From positions 16,728 to 80,727 of the forward strand of contig PMOL01000012.1 of NCBI GenBank assembly GCA_003162415.1: a DNA stretch of 64,000 bases, given 5' to 3'. Shown here piece by piece: positions 1-9,731 of this stretch. The position numbers were made by a program, and so were the translations under genes. This stretch comes from Candidatus Dormiibacterota bacterium. Lineage in GTDB: Bacteria; Chloroflexota; Dormibacteria; Aeolococcales; Aeolococcaceae. The notes beneath the pieces were generated by a model. That model was not told the DNA's origin, did not search any database, and saw only the letters and a list, made by a program, of their open reading frames with translations. Numbering within the stretch: the stretch's first letter is position 1; each line of letters begins with the position of its first letter.

Positions 1-180
1 AAAGGAAACATCCAGGGCGGTATCGTCGACTTCGACGGTCCGGTCCCATACAGCAACGTCATGCTCGTCTGCAATCGGTGCGACAAGACGACGCGGATCG
101 CGCACGGTGTGAACGAGCTCGGCCGTCGCGTGATCGTCTGTAAGAAGTGCGGCGAGACGTACGACAGGGCGCAGGTCTGA
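1..180 (+). CDS. rplX: 50S ribosomal protein L24, C-terminal part (5' end outside window)
   Basis: Frame 1 is open from base 1 to TGA 178-180: ...[57 protein letters not shown]24-like C-terminus; stop overlaps the L5 ATG (TGATG); canonical L24-L5 order; carries CxxC...CxxC. Confidence 0.8.
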   Translation, partial: KGNIQGGIVDFDGPVPYSNVMLVCNRCDKTTRIAHGVNELGRRVIVCKKCGETYDRAQV

Positions 181-743
181 TGGCCGTTCAGACTGCAGAG
201 CTGCCCCGCATGCAACGGCGCTACATCGACGAGATCGTGCCGACGCTGGTTGCGGAGTTCCGCTACCTCAACGCCATGCAGGTGCCGTCCATCGTGAAGG
301 TGGTCATCAACATCGGGCTGGGTGAGGCGATCACCAACGCGCGGGCCATCGACGCGGCCATCGCGGACCTGAAGTTGATCACCGGGCAGGCGCCGATCGT
401 CATCCGGGCGAAGAAGTCGGTGGCGGCGTTCAAGCTGCGCGAGGGGATGCCCATCGGTGTCAAAGTGACGCTGCGCGGCCGGCGCATGTTCGACTTCCTG
501 GACAAGTTGCTCAACGTCGCGCTCCCGCGCATTCGAGATTTCCGCGGCGTCGACCCGAAGGCGTTCGATGGCCATGGCAATTACACCCTCGGGTTGCGCG
601 AGCAACTCGTCTTTCCGGAGATCGACTACGACAAGATCGACAAGCTTCGCGGGCTTGAGGTATGCATCGTGACCACCGCTCGCACCGACGCGGAAGGCCG
701 CTCACTTCTCACCGGGCTCGGCATGCCCTTCAGGAAGAACTGA
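180..743 (+). CDS. rplE: 50S ribosomal protein L5
   Basis: Start moved to ATG 180 ([21 protein letters not shown]...); the tracked GTG 147 lies inside rplX. L5-like ...[10 protein letters not shown]... and operon position. Confidence 0.95.
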   Translation: MAVQTAELPRMQRRYIDEIVPTLVAEFRYLNAMQVPSIVKVVINIGLGEAITNARAIDAAIADLKLITGQAPIVIRAKKSVAAFKLREGMPIGVKVTLRGRRMFDFLDKLLNVALPRIRDFRGVDPKAFDGHGNYTLGLREQLVFPEIDYDKIDKLRGLEVCIVTTARTDAEGRSLLTGLGMPFRKN

Positions 744-746
744 CCG

Positions 747-932
747 ATGGCAAAGAAGTCCCTGATCGCCAAGGCGAACCGGCCGGCCCGGTACTCCACG
801 CAGGCGCACCACCGTTGCGGCGTGTGCGGTCGCCCGCGTGCCTACATGCGCAAGTTCGGCATGTGCCGCATCTGTTTCCGCCAACTCGCCAGCATCGGAC
901 AGATACCTGGCGTTCAGAAGAGCTCGTGGTGA
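747..932 (+). CDS. rpsN: 30S ribosomal protein S14, zinc-binding type Z
   Basis: 61 aa with [22 protein letters not shown] (CxxC...CxxC); sits between L5 and S8. Confidence 0.95.
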   Translation: MAKKSLIAKANRPARYSTQAHHRCGVCGRPRAYMRKFGMCRICFRQLASIGQIPGVQKSSW

Positions 933-935
933 CCC

Positions 936-1331
936 ATGACCAGTGACAGCATCGCGGACATGCTCACCCGCATCCGCAACGCCAACCAGGCCCATCACCG
1001 CACCGTGGAGATCCCGGTGTCGAAGATGAAGGTCGAGATCGCGCGCGTGCTCACCGAGGAGGGCTTCGTCGACGGGTACGAGGTCTCCGGGGAAGCGCCG
1101 ATGCAGGTGCTCACGGTCACCCTCAAGCCGGGGAGCCCACGCGGACGCGCGCTTTCCGGCTTGCGCCGGATCAGCCGCCCGGGTCTTCGCGTCTACGCTC
1201 GGAAGTCCGAGATCCCTCGGGTTCTGGGTGGCCTCGGTGTCGCGATCATCTCGACCTCGCGCGGATTGATGACCGGACGCGCCGCGCAGCGCGCCGGATT
1301 GGGCGGCGAAGTCGTCGCGTTCGTCTGGTGA
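936..1331 (+). CDS. rpsH: 30S ribosomal protein S8
   Basis: 131 aa; classic S8 N-terminus MTSDSIADMLTRIRNA; operon order. Confidence 0.95.
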   Translation: MTSDSIADMLTRIRNANQAHHRTVEIPVSKMKVEIARVLTEEGFVDGYEVSGEAPMQVLTVTLKPGSPRGRALSGLRRISRPGLRVYARKSEIPRVLGGLGVAIISTSRGLMTGRAAQRAGLGGEVVAFVW

Positions 1332-1338
1332 GTTTCTG

Positions 1339-1893
1339 ATGTCGCGCATTGGCAGGCTTCCAATCCCCGTCCCGGATGGGGTTGAGGTCGCCCTCGAGAA
1401 GGGGAATCGCCTCAGCGTCACGGGCTCGCGCGGAACGTTGCAGCGCACCTTCGCGCCCTCGATGCTGATCAACGTCGAGACCGGCGTCATCACCGTCAAC
1501 CGTCCCTCCGACGCTCGCCTCCATCGCTCCCTGCACGGGCTGACCCGGACGCTGGTCGCCAACATGGTGCAGGGCGTCAGCGGCGGCTTCACCCGGGACC
1601 TCGACCTGGTGGGGGTCGGCTTCCGAGCCGCGCGCCAGGGCGGTGACCTGATCCTGACCCTGGGCTACTCCCACCCGATCCGGTACACCCCGCCCGAGGG
1701 GATCAATATCGAGGTGCCGGTACCGACCCAGATCTCGATCAGCGGATCGGACAAAGAGGTGGTCGGACAGGTGGCTGCCAAGATTCGATCCTTCAGGAAG
1801 CCGGAGCCGTACAAGGGGAAGGGGATCCTGTATCGCGGCGAGAAGCTGCGCCGGAAGGCCGGCAAGTCGGGCAAGGCCGGCAAGACCAAGTAA
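1339..1893 (+). CDS. rplF: 50S ribosomal protein L6
   Basis: 184 aa; MSRIGRLPIPVPDGVEV... typical L6; operon order. Confidence 0.95.
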   Translation: MSRIGRLPIPVPDGVEVALEKGNRLSVTGSRGTLQRTFAPSMLINVETGVITVNRPSDARLHRSLHGLTRTLVANMVQGVSGGFTRDLDLVGVGFRAARQGGDLILTLGYSHPIRYTPPEGINIEVPVPTQISISGSDKEVVGQVAAKIRSFRKPEPYKGKGILYRGEKLRRKAGKSGKAGKTK

Positions 1894-1928
1894 CCAGATC
1901 TGTATAAGAAAGTAGAAGGCTGATCAGC

Positions 1929-2303
1929 ATGTTCACGAAGCACGATCGACGCGCCGCCCGCGCTCGGCGCCACCGCCGCGTGCGCAAGCACGTGAACGGA
2001 ACGGCCACGCGCCCACGGCTCGCGGTGTTCCGGAGCCTCCGGCACATCGGCGCGCAGCTCGTCGATGACGAGAACGGCCGCACCCTGGTGGCTGCCTCGA
2101 CCACCGAGCCGGCGCTGCGCGCGGTGCTCGGCGACGCCAACGCGTGCACGACCGCCGGGGCCACCGCGATCGGCAAGACGATCTCGGAGCGAGCCAAGGC
2201 GGCGGGAGTCGACACCGTCGTGTTCGACCGCGCCGGTTACCTCTTCCACGGGCGGGTCAAGGCCCTCGCCGAGGCAGCCCGCGAGGGCGGGTTGAAGTTC
2301 TAG
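1929..2303 (+). CDS. rplR: 50S ribosomal protein L18
   Basis: 124 aa; basic N-terminus then [20 protein letters not shown]; operon order. Confidence 0.95.
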   Translation: MFTKHDRRAARARRHRRVRKHVNGTATRPRLAVFRSLRHIGAQLVDDENGRTLVAASTTEPALRAVLGDANACTTAGATAIGKTISERAKAAGVDTVVFDRAGYLFHGRVKALAEAAREGGLKF

Positions 2304-2891
2304 ATGGGAATGCGCATGGATCGCCGCGATGATCGCGGCAGCGAGTTTCAGGAGAAGATCGTCTCGCTCAACCGGGTCGCGAAAGTGGTCAAGGGCGGAC
2401 GTCGGTTCTCGTTCAGCGCGCTCGTGGTCGTCGGTGACGGCAAGGGCCGTGTCGGCGCCGGGCTCGGCAAGGCCGGCGAGGTGCCGGACGCGATCCGCAA
2501 GGGTGTCGACGACGCCAAGAAACACATGATCACGGTGCCGATGGTCGGTACGACCATCCCGCACGAGGTGCGCTACAAGCTTGGCGCCGCCAAGGTGATG
2601 CTCAAGCCGGGAGTCCCGGGCACGGGCGTCATCAGCGGGAGCTCGATGCGCGCTGTGGTCGAGGCCGCGGGGATCAAGGACATCCTCACCAAGAGCCTGG
2701 GCACCGACAATCCCATCAACGTCGTTCGCGCCACCGTCTCGGCACTCGCAAGCCTGCGAACCCTGGCGTCGGTCGCCGAGCTTCGCGGGCGGACCCCGGA
2801 GCAGATCGTCGGGAGCCGCAAGATGGCCGACCGCATGCTCGGCCGGACCCCGGCAGTGCCCGAGATCCCCGCCGTCGAGGTGGTGCCATGA
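2304..2891 (+). CDS. rpsE: 30S ribosomal protein S5
   Basis: [32 protein letters not shown] (S5 dsRBD-like core). Start could also be ATG 2310 or 2316. Confidence 0.95.
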   Translation: MGMRMDRRDDRGSEFQEKIVSLNRVAKVVKGGRRFSFSALVVVGDGKGRVGAGLGKAGEVPDAIRKGVDDAKKHMITVPMVGTTIPHEVRYKLGAAKVMLKPGVPGTGVISGSSMRAVVEAAGIKDILTKSLGTDNPINVVRATVSALASLRTLASVAELRGRTPEQIVGSRKMADRMLGRTPAVPEIPAVEVVP

Positions 2892-3133
2892 GCACGGTGC
2901 GTGTCACCTACCGCAAGAGCTCCATCGGCTACGCCTGGGATCAAAAGGCCACCGTGGCGGCGCTCGGCCTGCGCAAGCTCAATCACACCGTCGAGCACGA
3001 GGCCACCGCGTCGATTCGCGGCATGGTCCACAAGGTTCGCCACCTGGTTGCCGTCAACGGCGAGCCGGCCGACTCCCCGGCGGGCGTCGCCCTGCTCCAG
3101 GAGCTTGCAACGGAATCGGAGAACGCGGCGTGA
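2888..3133 (+). CDS. rpmD: 50S ribosomal protein L30
   Basis: [31 protein letters not shown]; ATGA overlap with rpsE stop. 81 aa, longer than the usual ~60 aa. Confidence 0.85.
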   Translation: MSTVRVTYRKSSIGYAWDQKATVAALGLRKLNHTVEHEATASIRGMVHKVRHLVAVNGEPADSPAGVALLQELATESENAA

Positions 3134-3873
3134 AGCTTCATGAGTTGAGCCCTGCGAAGGGCAGCCGCCGGCCGCGGAAACGCGTCGGTCGCGGCCAGGG
3201 CGCCGGACAGGGCAAGACCAGCGGCCGTGGCCAGAAGGGCCAGGGCTCGCGCTCGAGCGTCGGGCTCCCCACCGGCTTCGAAGGCGGCCAGATGCCGCTC
3301 AAGCAGCGGCTCCCGAAGCTTCGCGGTTTCCACAATCGCTGGCGTCACGAATACGTCGTGGTCAACCTCGGCAAGCTCGTTCGCTTCGAGAAGGACACCG
3401 TGGTCGACCCCGATGTGCTCAGTGAGGCGGGATTGATCCCGCGCGTGTCCTCGCCGGTGAAGGTGCTCGCAGCCGGTCACCTCGGACATGCGCTGACCCT
3501 TCGCGTGCATCGGATCTCGGCAGCGGCACGCACTGCAGTCGAGTCCGCCGGTGGCTCCGTCGAGCTGCTCGGCCCGCAGCCCCCCGCCGAGGGTGCGGAA
3601 CCCGTCGGCAAGCGCGAGCTGCGCAAGGCCGCTGCGGTGGTCGCCCGCGCGGAACTGCTCAGCCGCCCGTCCACGCCGCGCGAACCGGTCGCCAAACCCG
3701 ACGGCAAGAAACGTGCCAAGGGAGCAGGCAGCGAGGCTGCAACCCAGCCCAAGCCCGCGCGACGCGAGCGCGGCGGTAAGAGCCGAGCTGTCAGCGACGA
3801 TACCGGCGCGGCGCCCGAAGCCGAGCGGGACGCACCCCAGGACAACGAGGCGGAGACCGAGGACACGGAGTGA
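3130..3873 (+). CDS. rplO: 50S ribosomal protein L15 with ~100-aa low-complexity C-terminal tail
   Basis: N-terminal ~147 aa is L15-like ([37 protein letters not shown]...), followed by an A/E/K/P/R-rich tail. GTG start overlaps rpmD stop. Confidence 0.9.
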   Translation: MKLHELSPAKGSRRPRKRVGRGQGAGQGKTSGRGQKGQGSRSSVGLPTGFEGGQMPLKQRLPKLRGFHNRWRHEYVVVNLGKLVRFEKDTVVDPDVLSEAGLIPRVSSPVKVLAAGHLGHALTLRVHRISAAARTAVESAGGSVELLGPQPPAEGAEPVGKRELRKAAAVVARAELLSRPSTPREPVAKPDGKKRAKGAGSEAATQPKPARRERGGKSRAVSDDTGAAPEAERDAPQDNEAETEDTE

Positions 3874-5195
3874 ACCTCCTCGAGGCGCTCGGTCAGGCGA
3901 TCCGGATCCCGGAGCTGCGACGCAAGCTGCTCTTCACCCTCGGATTGCTGGGTGCCTTCCGGATCCTCGCGGCCATCGCCATCCCCGGGACGAACCCGGT
4001 GGCGCTCGCCAAGCTGTTCTCCGGGAACACGCTCCTCGGTCTGCTCAACCTGTTCAGCGGTGGCGGCCTGCAACGCTTCACGTTGGTTGCGCTCGGGTTG
4101 AACCCGTATATCAACGCCACGATCATCATGCAGCTGATGACGGTCGTCTCCGTCCGGCTCAAGGAGCTGAGCAAGGAAGGCGAGATCGGACGCAAGAAGA
4201 TCACTCGCTACACGCGCTGGCTCACGGTTCCGCTGGCCATGCTCCAGGCGTTCGGATATCTCGCGCTGTTCACCAACCCGAGCACCGGCCCGATCATCTC
4301 CAACCCGACTCCGGCAACCGAGATCAGCATCATTCTCACGCTGACCGCGGGCACGATCATCGCCATGTGGCTCGGTGAGCTGATCACCGAGTACGGCGTC
4401 GGCAACGGCGTGTCGCTGATCATCTTCGTGGGCATCATCGGCCGGCTTCCGGCGGCGATCGTCGGCTACGGCGGTACCGGCGGCACCGGGCACATCATTC
4501 AGATCGTGGTGATGGCGATCATCGCGGTTGCGGTGACGGCCGCGGTCATCGAGGTGCAGCAGGCGCAACGAAAGATTCCGGTGCAGTCGGCCCAACGCGT
4601 CCTCAACGTGCGCACCGGTCAGGCATCACAGGGGCGGCGCAACTTTCTGCCACTGCGAGTCAACGCCGCGGGGGTCATCCCGATCATCTTCGCGATCTCG
4701 ATCATGACCTTCCCGACCATCTTCGCCAACCTCTTCCAGAGCAGTGGCGGATGGACAGAAACGGCTGCCCAGTGGATCACCAACAACTGGCAGGCGACCG
4801 GCGGCAACATCTTCCTCAACGTGGTGTACAACGCCATCTACTTCCTGCTCGTGATGGGGTTCACCTACTTCTACACGGCTATCGTGTTCGACCCCGTGGA
4901 CGTGTCCGACAACCTCAAGAAACAGTCGACGTTCATCCCGGGCATTCGCCCCGGCAGGAGCACCGCCGAGTATCTCGGCAAGGTCATGGGGCGGATCACC
5001 CTCGCCGGCGCGCTCTTCCTGGCGATGATCACGGTGGTGCTGCCGCTGTTCACTGCCGTCCTCACCGGCGTCCCCTCGACCAGCCTCTATCTCGGCGGCA
5101 CGGCCATCCTCATCGTCGTCGGCGTTGCCCTCGACACCATGAAACAGATCGAGACCCAGCTGCTGATGCGCCAGTACAAGGGATTCATCAAGTGA
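3870..5195 (+). CDS. secY: Preprotein translocase subunit SecY
   Basis: 441 aa polytopic membrane protein following L15: ...GIRPGRSTAEYL...GGTAILIVVGVALDT... Confidence 0.97.
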   Translation: MNLLEALGQAIRIPELRRKLLFTLGLLGAFRILAAIAIPGTNPVALAKLFSGNTLLGLLNLFSGGGLQRFTLVALGLNPYINATIIMQLMTVVSVRLKELSKEGEIGRKKITRYTRWLTVPLAMLQAFGYLALFTNPSTGPIISNPTPATEISIILTLTAGTIIAMWLGELITEYGVGNGVSLIIFVGIIGRLPAAIVGYGGTGGTGHIIQIVVMAIIAVAVTAAVIEVQQAQRKIPVQSAQRVLNVRTGQASQGRRNFLPLRVNAAGVIPIIFAISIMTFPTIFANLFQSSGGWTETAAQWITNNWQATGGNIFLNVVYNAIYFLLVMGFTYFYTAIVFDPVDVSDNLKKQSTFIPGIRPGRSTAEYLGKVMGRITLAGALFLAMITVVLPLFTAVLTGVPSTSLYLGGTAILIVVGVALDTMKQIETQLLMRQYKGFIK

Positions 5196-5202
5196 TCGCC
5201 AG

Positions 5203-5793
5203 ATGATCGCCTTGATGTTCGGACCGCCGGGGAGCGGCAAGGGGACCCAGGCATCGCGCGTCGCGGTCCGCCTCGGCATCTCGCACGTCGCAGCCGGGGA
5301 CATGCTGCGCGATGAGGTCGCTCACGACACGCCGCTCGGCCACGAGGCCAAGCCGATCATGAACGCCGGGGGGCTGGTGCCCGACGACCTGGTGGTCAGG
5401 ATGATCGAGAGCCGCCTGAACGAGCCCGATGCCACCCAGGGCGTCCTTCTCGATGGATTCCCACGGACCGTGCCTCAGGCGATCGCGCTCGACGCCATGC
5501 TTGCCGCCCGGAAGGACCGGGTTGCCTGGGTGGTCGCCCTCGAGGTCCCCGACGAGGAGCTCAAGACGCGGATCCTCAAGCGCGCCACGACCGAGGGTCG
5601 CAGCGACGACACCGCCGAAGGGTTGGCCCAGCGCCTGATCGTCTACCGCCAGGACACCGCCCCGGTGCTCGAGCACTACCGTGCCGAAGGCACCCGAATC
5701 GTGGCGATCAACGGCGTCGGTGACATCGACGCCATCACGGGACGGATCATGGAATCGCTCAGCCACGACGGCGCGGCGGTGAAGACGGCTTGA
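5203..5793 (+). CDS. adk: Adenylate kinase
   Basis: P-loop GPPGSGKGTQ, LLDGFPRTVPQA; canonical secY-adk-map order. Confidence 0.95.
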   Translation: MIALMFGPPGSGKGTQASRVAVRLGISHVAAGDMLRDEVAHDTPLGHEAKPIMNAGGLVPDDLVVRMIESRLNEPDATQGVLLDGFPRTVPQAIALDAMLAARKDRVAWVVALEVPDEELKTRILKRATTEGRSDDTAEGLAQRLIVYRQDTAPVLEHYRAEGTRIVAINGVGDIDAITGRIMESLSHDGAAVKTA

Positions 5794-6584
5794 GCCCGCA
5801 CGGCGTGGACAGCTTCCGCCTGAAGCGACCCGATGAGATCGAGAAGATGCGGGTCTCAGGGAAGATCCTCGGGGCCTGCCTCGCGCAGCTGGCACGCTCG
5901 GTCCGAGCGGGGATGACCACGCTCGACCTCGACCGCGAGGCGGAGACGTTCATCCGGGATCATCACTGCATCCCCGGCTTCCTCGGGTACGACGGATTCC
6001 CCAACTCGCTCTGCGTCTCCATCAACGACCAGGTCGTTCACGGCATCCCCGGTCCCCAGGTGATCAACGACGGCGACCTGGTCTCGCTCGACTGCGGCCT
6101 GATCCTGGACGGATGGTGGGCCGACAGCGGGCTGTCGGTCGGCTGTGGCGAGGCGTCGCCCGAGGTGCAGCGTCTCATCGACACCACTCGCCAGGCGCTC
6201 GACCTCGGCATCGCAGCGGCCCGGCCGGGCAACCACATCGGTGACATCGGTGCCGCGGTCCAGACCTTCGTCGAAGCCAACGGCTATTCGGTGGTCCGCC
6301 AGTACGTCGGCCATGGGATCGGCCGGGACATGCATGAACTTCCTCAGGTGCCCAACTACGGGAATCCCGGAACCGGCAACCTCATCAAGCCCGGGTACTG
6401 CATCGCGATCGAGCCGATGGTCAACATCGGACGCCCGGAGACGCGCGTCCTCGACGACGACTGGACGGTGGTGACCACCGACGGAAAGCTGTCCTGCTAC
6501 TTCGAGCACACGGTCGCGATCACCGAGTCCGGCCCGGAGGTGCTGACTCTGCGCCCCGACCCGGTCCTGGCGGACGTCCAGTGA
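5790..6584 (+). CDS. map: Type I methionine aminopeptidase
   Basis: ...VVHGIPG...SLDCG...YVGHGIGRDMHE...AIEPM...FEHTV metal-ligand pattern. TTG start as tracked; exact start uncertain. Confidence 0.95.
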   Translation: MSPHGVDSFRLKRPDEIEKMRVSGKILGACLAQLARSVRAGMTTLDLDREAETFIRDHHCIPGFLGYDGFPNSLCVSINDQVVHGIPGPQVINDGDLVSLDCGLILDGWWADSGLSVGCGEASPEVQRLIDTTRQALDLGIAAARPGNHIGDIGAAVQTFVEANGYSVVRQYVGHGIGRDMHELPQVPNYGNPGTGNLIKPGYCIAIEPMVNIGRPETRVLDDDWTVVTTDGKLSCYFEHTVAITESGPEVLTLRPDPVLADVQ

Positions 6585-6599
6585 TAGGAGGCGTCGATT

Positions 6600-6629
6600 T
6601 GCCTGCTGGCCAAGGCGGGGTTTATACTC
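6600..6629 (+). promoter_or_regulatory. Candidate sigma70-type promoter for the rpmJ-rpsM-rpsK-rpsD-rpoA-rplQ unit
   Basis: TTGCCT (6600-6605), 18-bp spacer, TATACT (6624-6629) in the 190-bp map/rpmJ gap. Implies a ~140-nt leader. Confidence 0.35.
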
Positions 6630-6773
6630 ATCACCTCGGGCTCTCGCATGAGCCTGGTTCGGCGCGCACGCATCGGGTACCGCCGGCACCAGCGTCACGG
6701 ATCGCCCCCGGGACGCATCGAGCATTTGCCATCGGCTCCCTACGCCGCCAACCATGAGGAATTCGTTACCAGG

Positions 6774-6887
6774 ATGAAGGTCAGAGCATCGGTCAAGCGC
6801 CTGTGCGAGCACTGCAAAGTCATCAAGCGCCACGGGGCGGTGCGAGTGATCTGCGTGAACCCGAAACACAAGCAGCGGCAGGGGTAA
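6774..6887 (+). CDS. rpmJ: 50S ribosomal protein L36
   Basis: 37 aa [37 protein letters not shown] (C..C..C..H). The tracked ORF 6648 start is an artefactual N-terminal extension. Confidence 0.92.
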   Translation: MKVRASVKRLCEHCKVIKRHGAVRVICVNPKHKQRQG

Positions 6888-6897
6888 GCGACAAGTA

Positions 6898-7284
6898 ATG
6901 GCACGGATCGCCGGCGTTGACGTCCCCCGAGACAAGCGTATCGAGATCGCGCTCACCTACATCTATGGGATTGGCCCGACCACCGCAAAGCGAATGCTGT
7001 CGCTCGCCGGTGTCCCGGCCGATACACGCACCAAGGATTTGAGCGACGCGCAGGTCGGCAAGCTTCGCGACGTCATCGCCAAGCAACTCCAGGGTCGGGT
7101 GGAAGGCGACCTCCGCCGCCAGATCGCGCTCAACATCAAGCGGCTCACCGAGATCGGCACCTACCGTGGCCTTCGCCACCGGCGCGGGCTCCCGGTTCGC
7201 GGCCAGCGCACCCGGACCAACGCACGCACGCGTCGCGGTCCGAAGAAGACGGTTGGTGTCCGCCGCAAGAAGGCGACCAAGTAA
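6898..7284 (+). CDS. rpsM: 30S ribosomal protein S13
   Basis: [26 protein letters not shown]... classic S13. Confidence 0.96.
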   Translation: MARIAGVDVPRDKRIEIALTYIYGIGPTTAKRMLSLAGVPADTRTKDLSDAQVGKLRDVIAKQLQGRVEGDLRRQIALNIKRLTEIGTYRGLRHRRGLPVRGQRTRTNARTRRGPKKTVGVRRKKATK

Positions 7285-7287
7285 GTC

Positions 7288-7683
7288 ATGGCCAAGAAAA
7301 AGAAGGTCGTCCGAACCCGCCGCCGCGAGCGCAAGAACATCGCGGTCGGTCAGGCGCACGTCCTGGCGACATTCAACAACACCATCGTCAGCCTCACCGA
7401 TCCCGACGGCAACGTCATCGCCTGGGGATCGGCCGGTGCGCAGGGCTTCAAGGGCTCGCGCAAGAGCACGCCGTTCGCGGCGCAGGTCACTGCTGAAGCG
7501 GCTGCGCGCCGCGCGATGGAGCATGGCCTCAAGTCGATCGAGATCTTCGTGAAGGGTCCGGGGGCCGGCCGCGAAGCGGCCATCCGGAGCCTCCAGGCAA
7601 GCGGGCTCGACGTCAGCGCCATCTCCGATGTCACCCCGATTCCTCACAACGGCTGCCGCCCCCCCAAGCGGCGCCGGGTATAG
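7288..7683 (+). CDS. rpsK: 30S ribosomal protein S11
   Basis: ...[30 protein letters not shown]...[13 protein letters not shown]. Confidence 0.96.
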   Translation: MAKKKKVVRTRRRERKNIAVGQAHVLATFNNTIVSLTDPDGNVIAWGSAGAQGFKGSRKSTPFAAQVTAEAAARRAMEHGLKSIEIFVKGPGAGREAAIRSLQASGLDVSAISDVTPIPHNGCRPPKRRRV

Positions 7684-7691
7684 GGGATTCG

Positions 7692-8321
7692 ATGGCCAAT
7701 CAAGCGGGTCCTGTCTGCCGTCTCTGCCGCCGCGAGGGCGCCAAGCTCTATCTCAAGGGCGCCAAGTGCGTCACCAACTGCACGTTCGACAAGCGCAGTG
7801 GTCTGCTCCCTGGACAGCACGGGCTTGCCCGTCGCCGCAAGCCGAGCGACTACGGCATCCAGCTCCGCGCCAAGCAAAAGGCGCGCCGCATCTACGGTGT
7901 CCTCGAGACCCAGTTCCGGCGCTACTTCGAGCGCGCCGAGGGCGCTGAAGGGGTCACCGGTACCGTGCTCCTGCAACAGCTCGAGCGCCGCCTCGACAAC
8001 ATCGTCTACCGGCTCGGGCTCGCCAGCTCGCGCCGCGAGGCGCGCCAGCTCGTCAGCCATCGCCACTTCAAGGTCAACGGCCGGGCGCTCAACATCGCGT
8101 CAGCGCAGCTCCGCCCCGGCGACGTCGTCGAGGTCCGGGAGCGCAGCCGCAAGATGCTCGTGCTCGAGAATGCCCAGTCGCTGGTGTCCGGCCGGCAGGT
8201 CCCCGAGTGGCTGACCCTCGATGCCGCGGCGCTCCGGGGCACGGTCACACGTTTACCCGAGCGGCATGAGATGGAACAACAAATCGAAGAGCAGCTCATC
8301 GTGGAGTACTACTCGAGATGA
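7692..8321 (+). CDS. rpsD: 30S ribosomal protein S4
   Basis: CRLCRREGAKLYLKGAKC zinc-type N-terminus plus S4 RNA-binding domain (LDNIVYRLGLASSRREARQLVSHRHF). Confidence 0.96.
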   Translation: MANQAGPVCRLCRREGAKLYLKGAKCVTNCTFDKRSGLLPGQHGLARRRKPSDYGIQLRAKQKARRIYGVLETQFRRYFERAEGAEGVTGTVLLQQLERRLDNIVYRLGLASSRREARQLVSHRHFKVNGRALNIASAQLRPGDVVEVRERSRKMLVLENAQSLVSGRQVPEWLTLDAAALRGTVTRLPERHEMEQQIEEQLIVEYYSR

Positions 8322-8377
8322 CCATGCTCCGCGCCGGGATCGGCGCAACGTCCCTGTTCCCTGTAGAGGAGTCCTGA

Positions 8378-9352
8378 ATGGCAATTGACATGATGACCAC
8401 CCCCGCGGTCAAAGAGATCGAGAGCAGCGCCGATTACGGCAAGTTCGAGATCGAGCCGCTCGAGCCCGGATTCGGGGTCACGCTTGGCAACTCGCTTCGC
8501 CGCGTGCTCCTGTCGTCGCTCCCCGGCGCCGCGATCACCTCGGTGTCGATCGAGGGCATCGCCCACGAGTTCAGCTCGATCGAGAACGTCAAGGAAGACG
8601 TCACCGAGATCCTGCTCAACATCAAGGAGATCAACGTCCTCTCCCACAGCGCCGACCCGGTGCGCATCAGCCTTGACGTGCACGGCCCGCGGGACGTCAC
8701 CGCCGGCGATATCGAGACCACCAGCGACATCGAGATCCGCAACCCCGGCCAGCACATCGCCACCCTGGACTCGCCCAAGGCGCAGCTGCGCATGGACCTG
8801 ATGGTCGAGCGTGGCAAGGGCTACGTCACCGCCGAGCGCAACAAGAAGGAAGGCCAGGCGATCGGGGTGATCCCGATCGACGCCATCTTCACCCCCGTGC
8901 GCAAGGCGAACTTCTTCGTCGAGAAGACCCGCGTCGGCCAGGAGACGGAGTGGGACAAGCTGGTCGTCGAGGTGTGGACCGACGGGACGCTCGCGCCAGT
9001 CGAGGCCGTGAGCCGCGCCGCCGGCCTGTTCACCGACCACCTCGGCCTCTTCGTCCGGTTCGGCGACAACCTCGCCGCTCCGCAGCAGCGCCAGGCGCGC
9101 GGCAACGATCTTCCCAGCCGCCTCGCCGACGTGCCGATCGAGGATCTCGAGCTCAGCGTGCGCGCGCTCAACTGCCTCAAGGCGAACGACATCACCAAGG
9201 TCGGCCAGCTGGTCGCGATGAAGCAGGAAGAGCTGCTGACCCTGCGCAACTTCGGTCAGAAGTCGCTCGACGAGATTCGCGAGAAGCTCGTGCAGCGCGA
9301 GCTGGTCACCCCCGAAGAGCTGGACACGCTGTTCCAGCCGATGGCGAGGTAA
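8378..9352 (+). CDS. rpoA: DNA-directed RNA polymerase subunit alpha
   Basis: 324 aa; NTD ...GVTLGNSLRRVLLSSLPGAA...; CTD ...LELSVRALNCLKANDITKVGQLV... Confidence 0.97.
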   Translation: MAIDMMTTPAVKEIESSADYGKFEIEPLEPGFGVTLGNSLRRVLLSSLPGAAITSVSIEGIAHEFSSIENVKEDVTEILLNIKEINVLSHSADPVRISLDVHGPRDVTAGDIETTSDIEIRNPGQHIATLDSPKAQLRMDLMVERGKGYVTAERNKKEGQAIGVIPIDAIFTPVRKANFFVEKTRVGQETEWDKLVVEVWTDGTLAPVEAVSRAAGLFTDHLGLFVRFGDNLAAPQQRQARGNDLPSRLADVPIEDLELSVRALNCLKANDITKVGQLVAMKQEELLTLRNFGQKSLDEIREKLVQRELVTPEELDTLFQPMAR

Positions 9353-9364
9353 CCGGAACCACTC

Positions 9365-9718
9365 ATGCGACATCGCATCGCCGGTCGGAAGTTTGGGCGC
9401 AGCGCGGCGCATCGCCAGTCGATGACGCGCAACCAGGTGACCTCTCTGCTGCGCTACGGACGCATCACGACCACCGAGGCGAAGGCCAAGGAGTTGCGCC
9501 GTTGGGTCGAGCGCGTCATCACCGACGCCAAGCCCGACGACCTCAACGCACGCCGCAAGGTCGCGCTCTACGTCAACGACCGAGAGGTCTCGAACAAGCT
9601 CTTCTCGACGTACCTCGAGCGCTACAAGGAACGGCCCGGGGGCTACACCCGGGTCGTCAAGCTGCCGCCGCGCCATAGCGACGCTGCCCCGATGGCGATC
9701 ATCGAGCTGGTCGAGTAG
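9365..9718 (+). CDS. rplQ: 50S ribosomal protein L17
   Basis: MRHRIAGRKFGRSAAHRQSMTRNQVTSLLRYGRITTT... Confidence 0.96.
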   Translation: MRHRIAGRKFGRSAAHRQSMTRNQVTSLLRYGRITTTEAKAKELRRWVERVITDAKPDDLNARRKVALYVNDREVSNKLFSTYLERYKERPGGYTRVVKLPPRHSDAAPMAIIELVE

Positions 9719-9731
9719 GAACGAGCCACTC

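Noticed and set aside
6648-6773. N-terminal extension of L36 in tracked ORF 6648-6887
   Set aside because: L36 is a 37-aa protein starting MKVRASVKR. The upstream 42 aa are Arg/His-rich junk spanning the putative promoter and leader.
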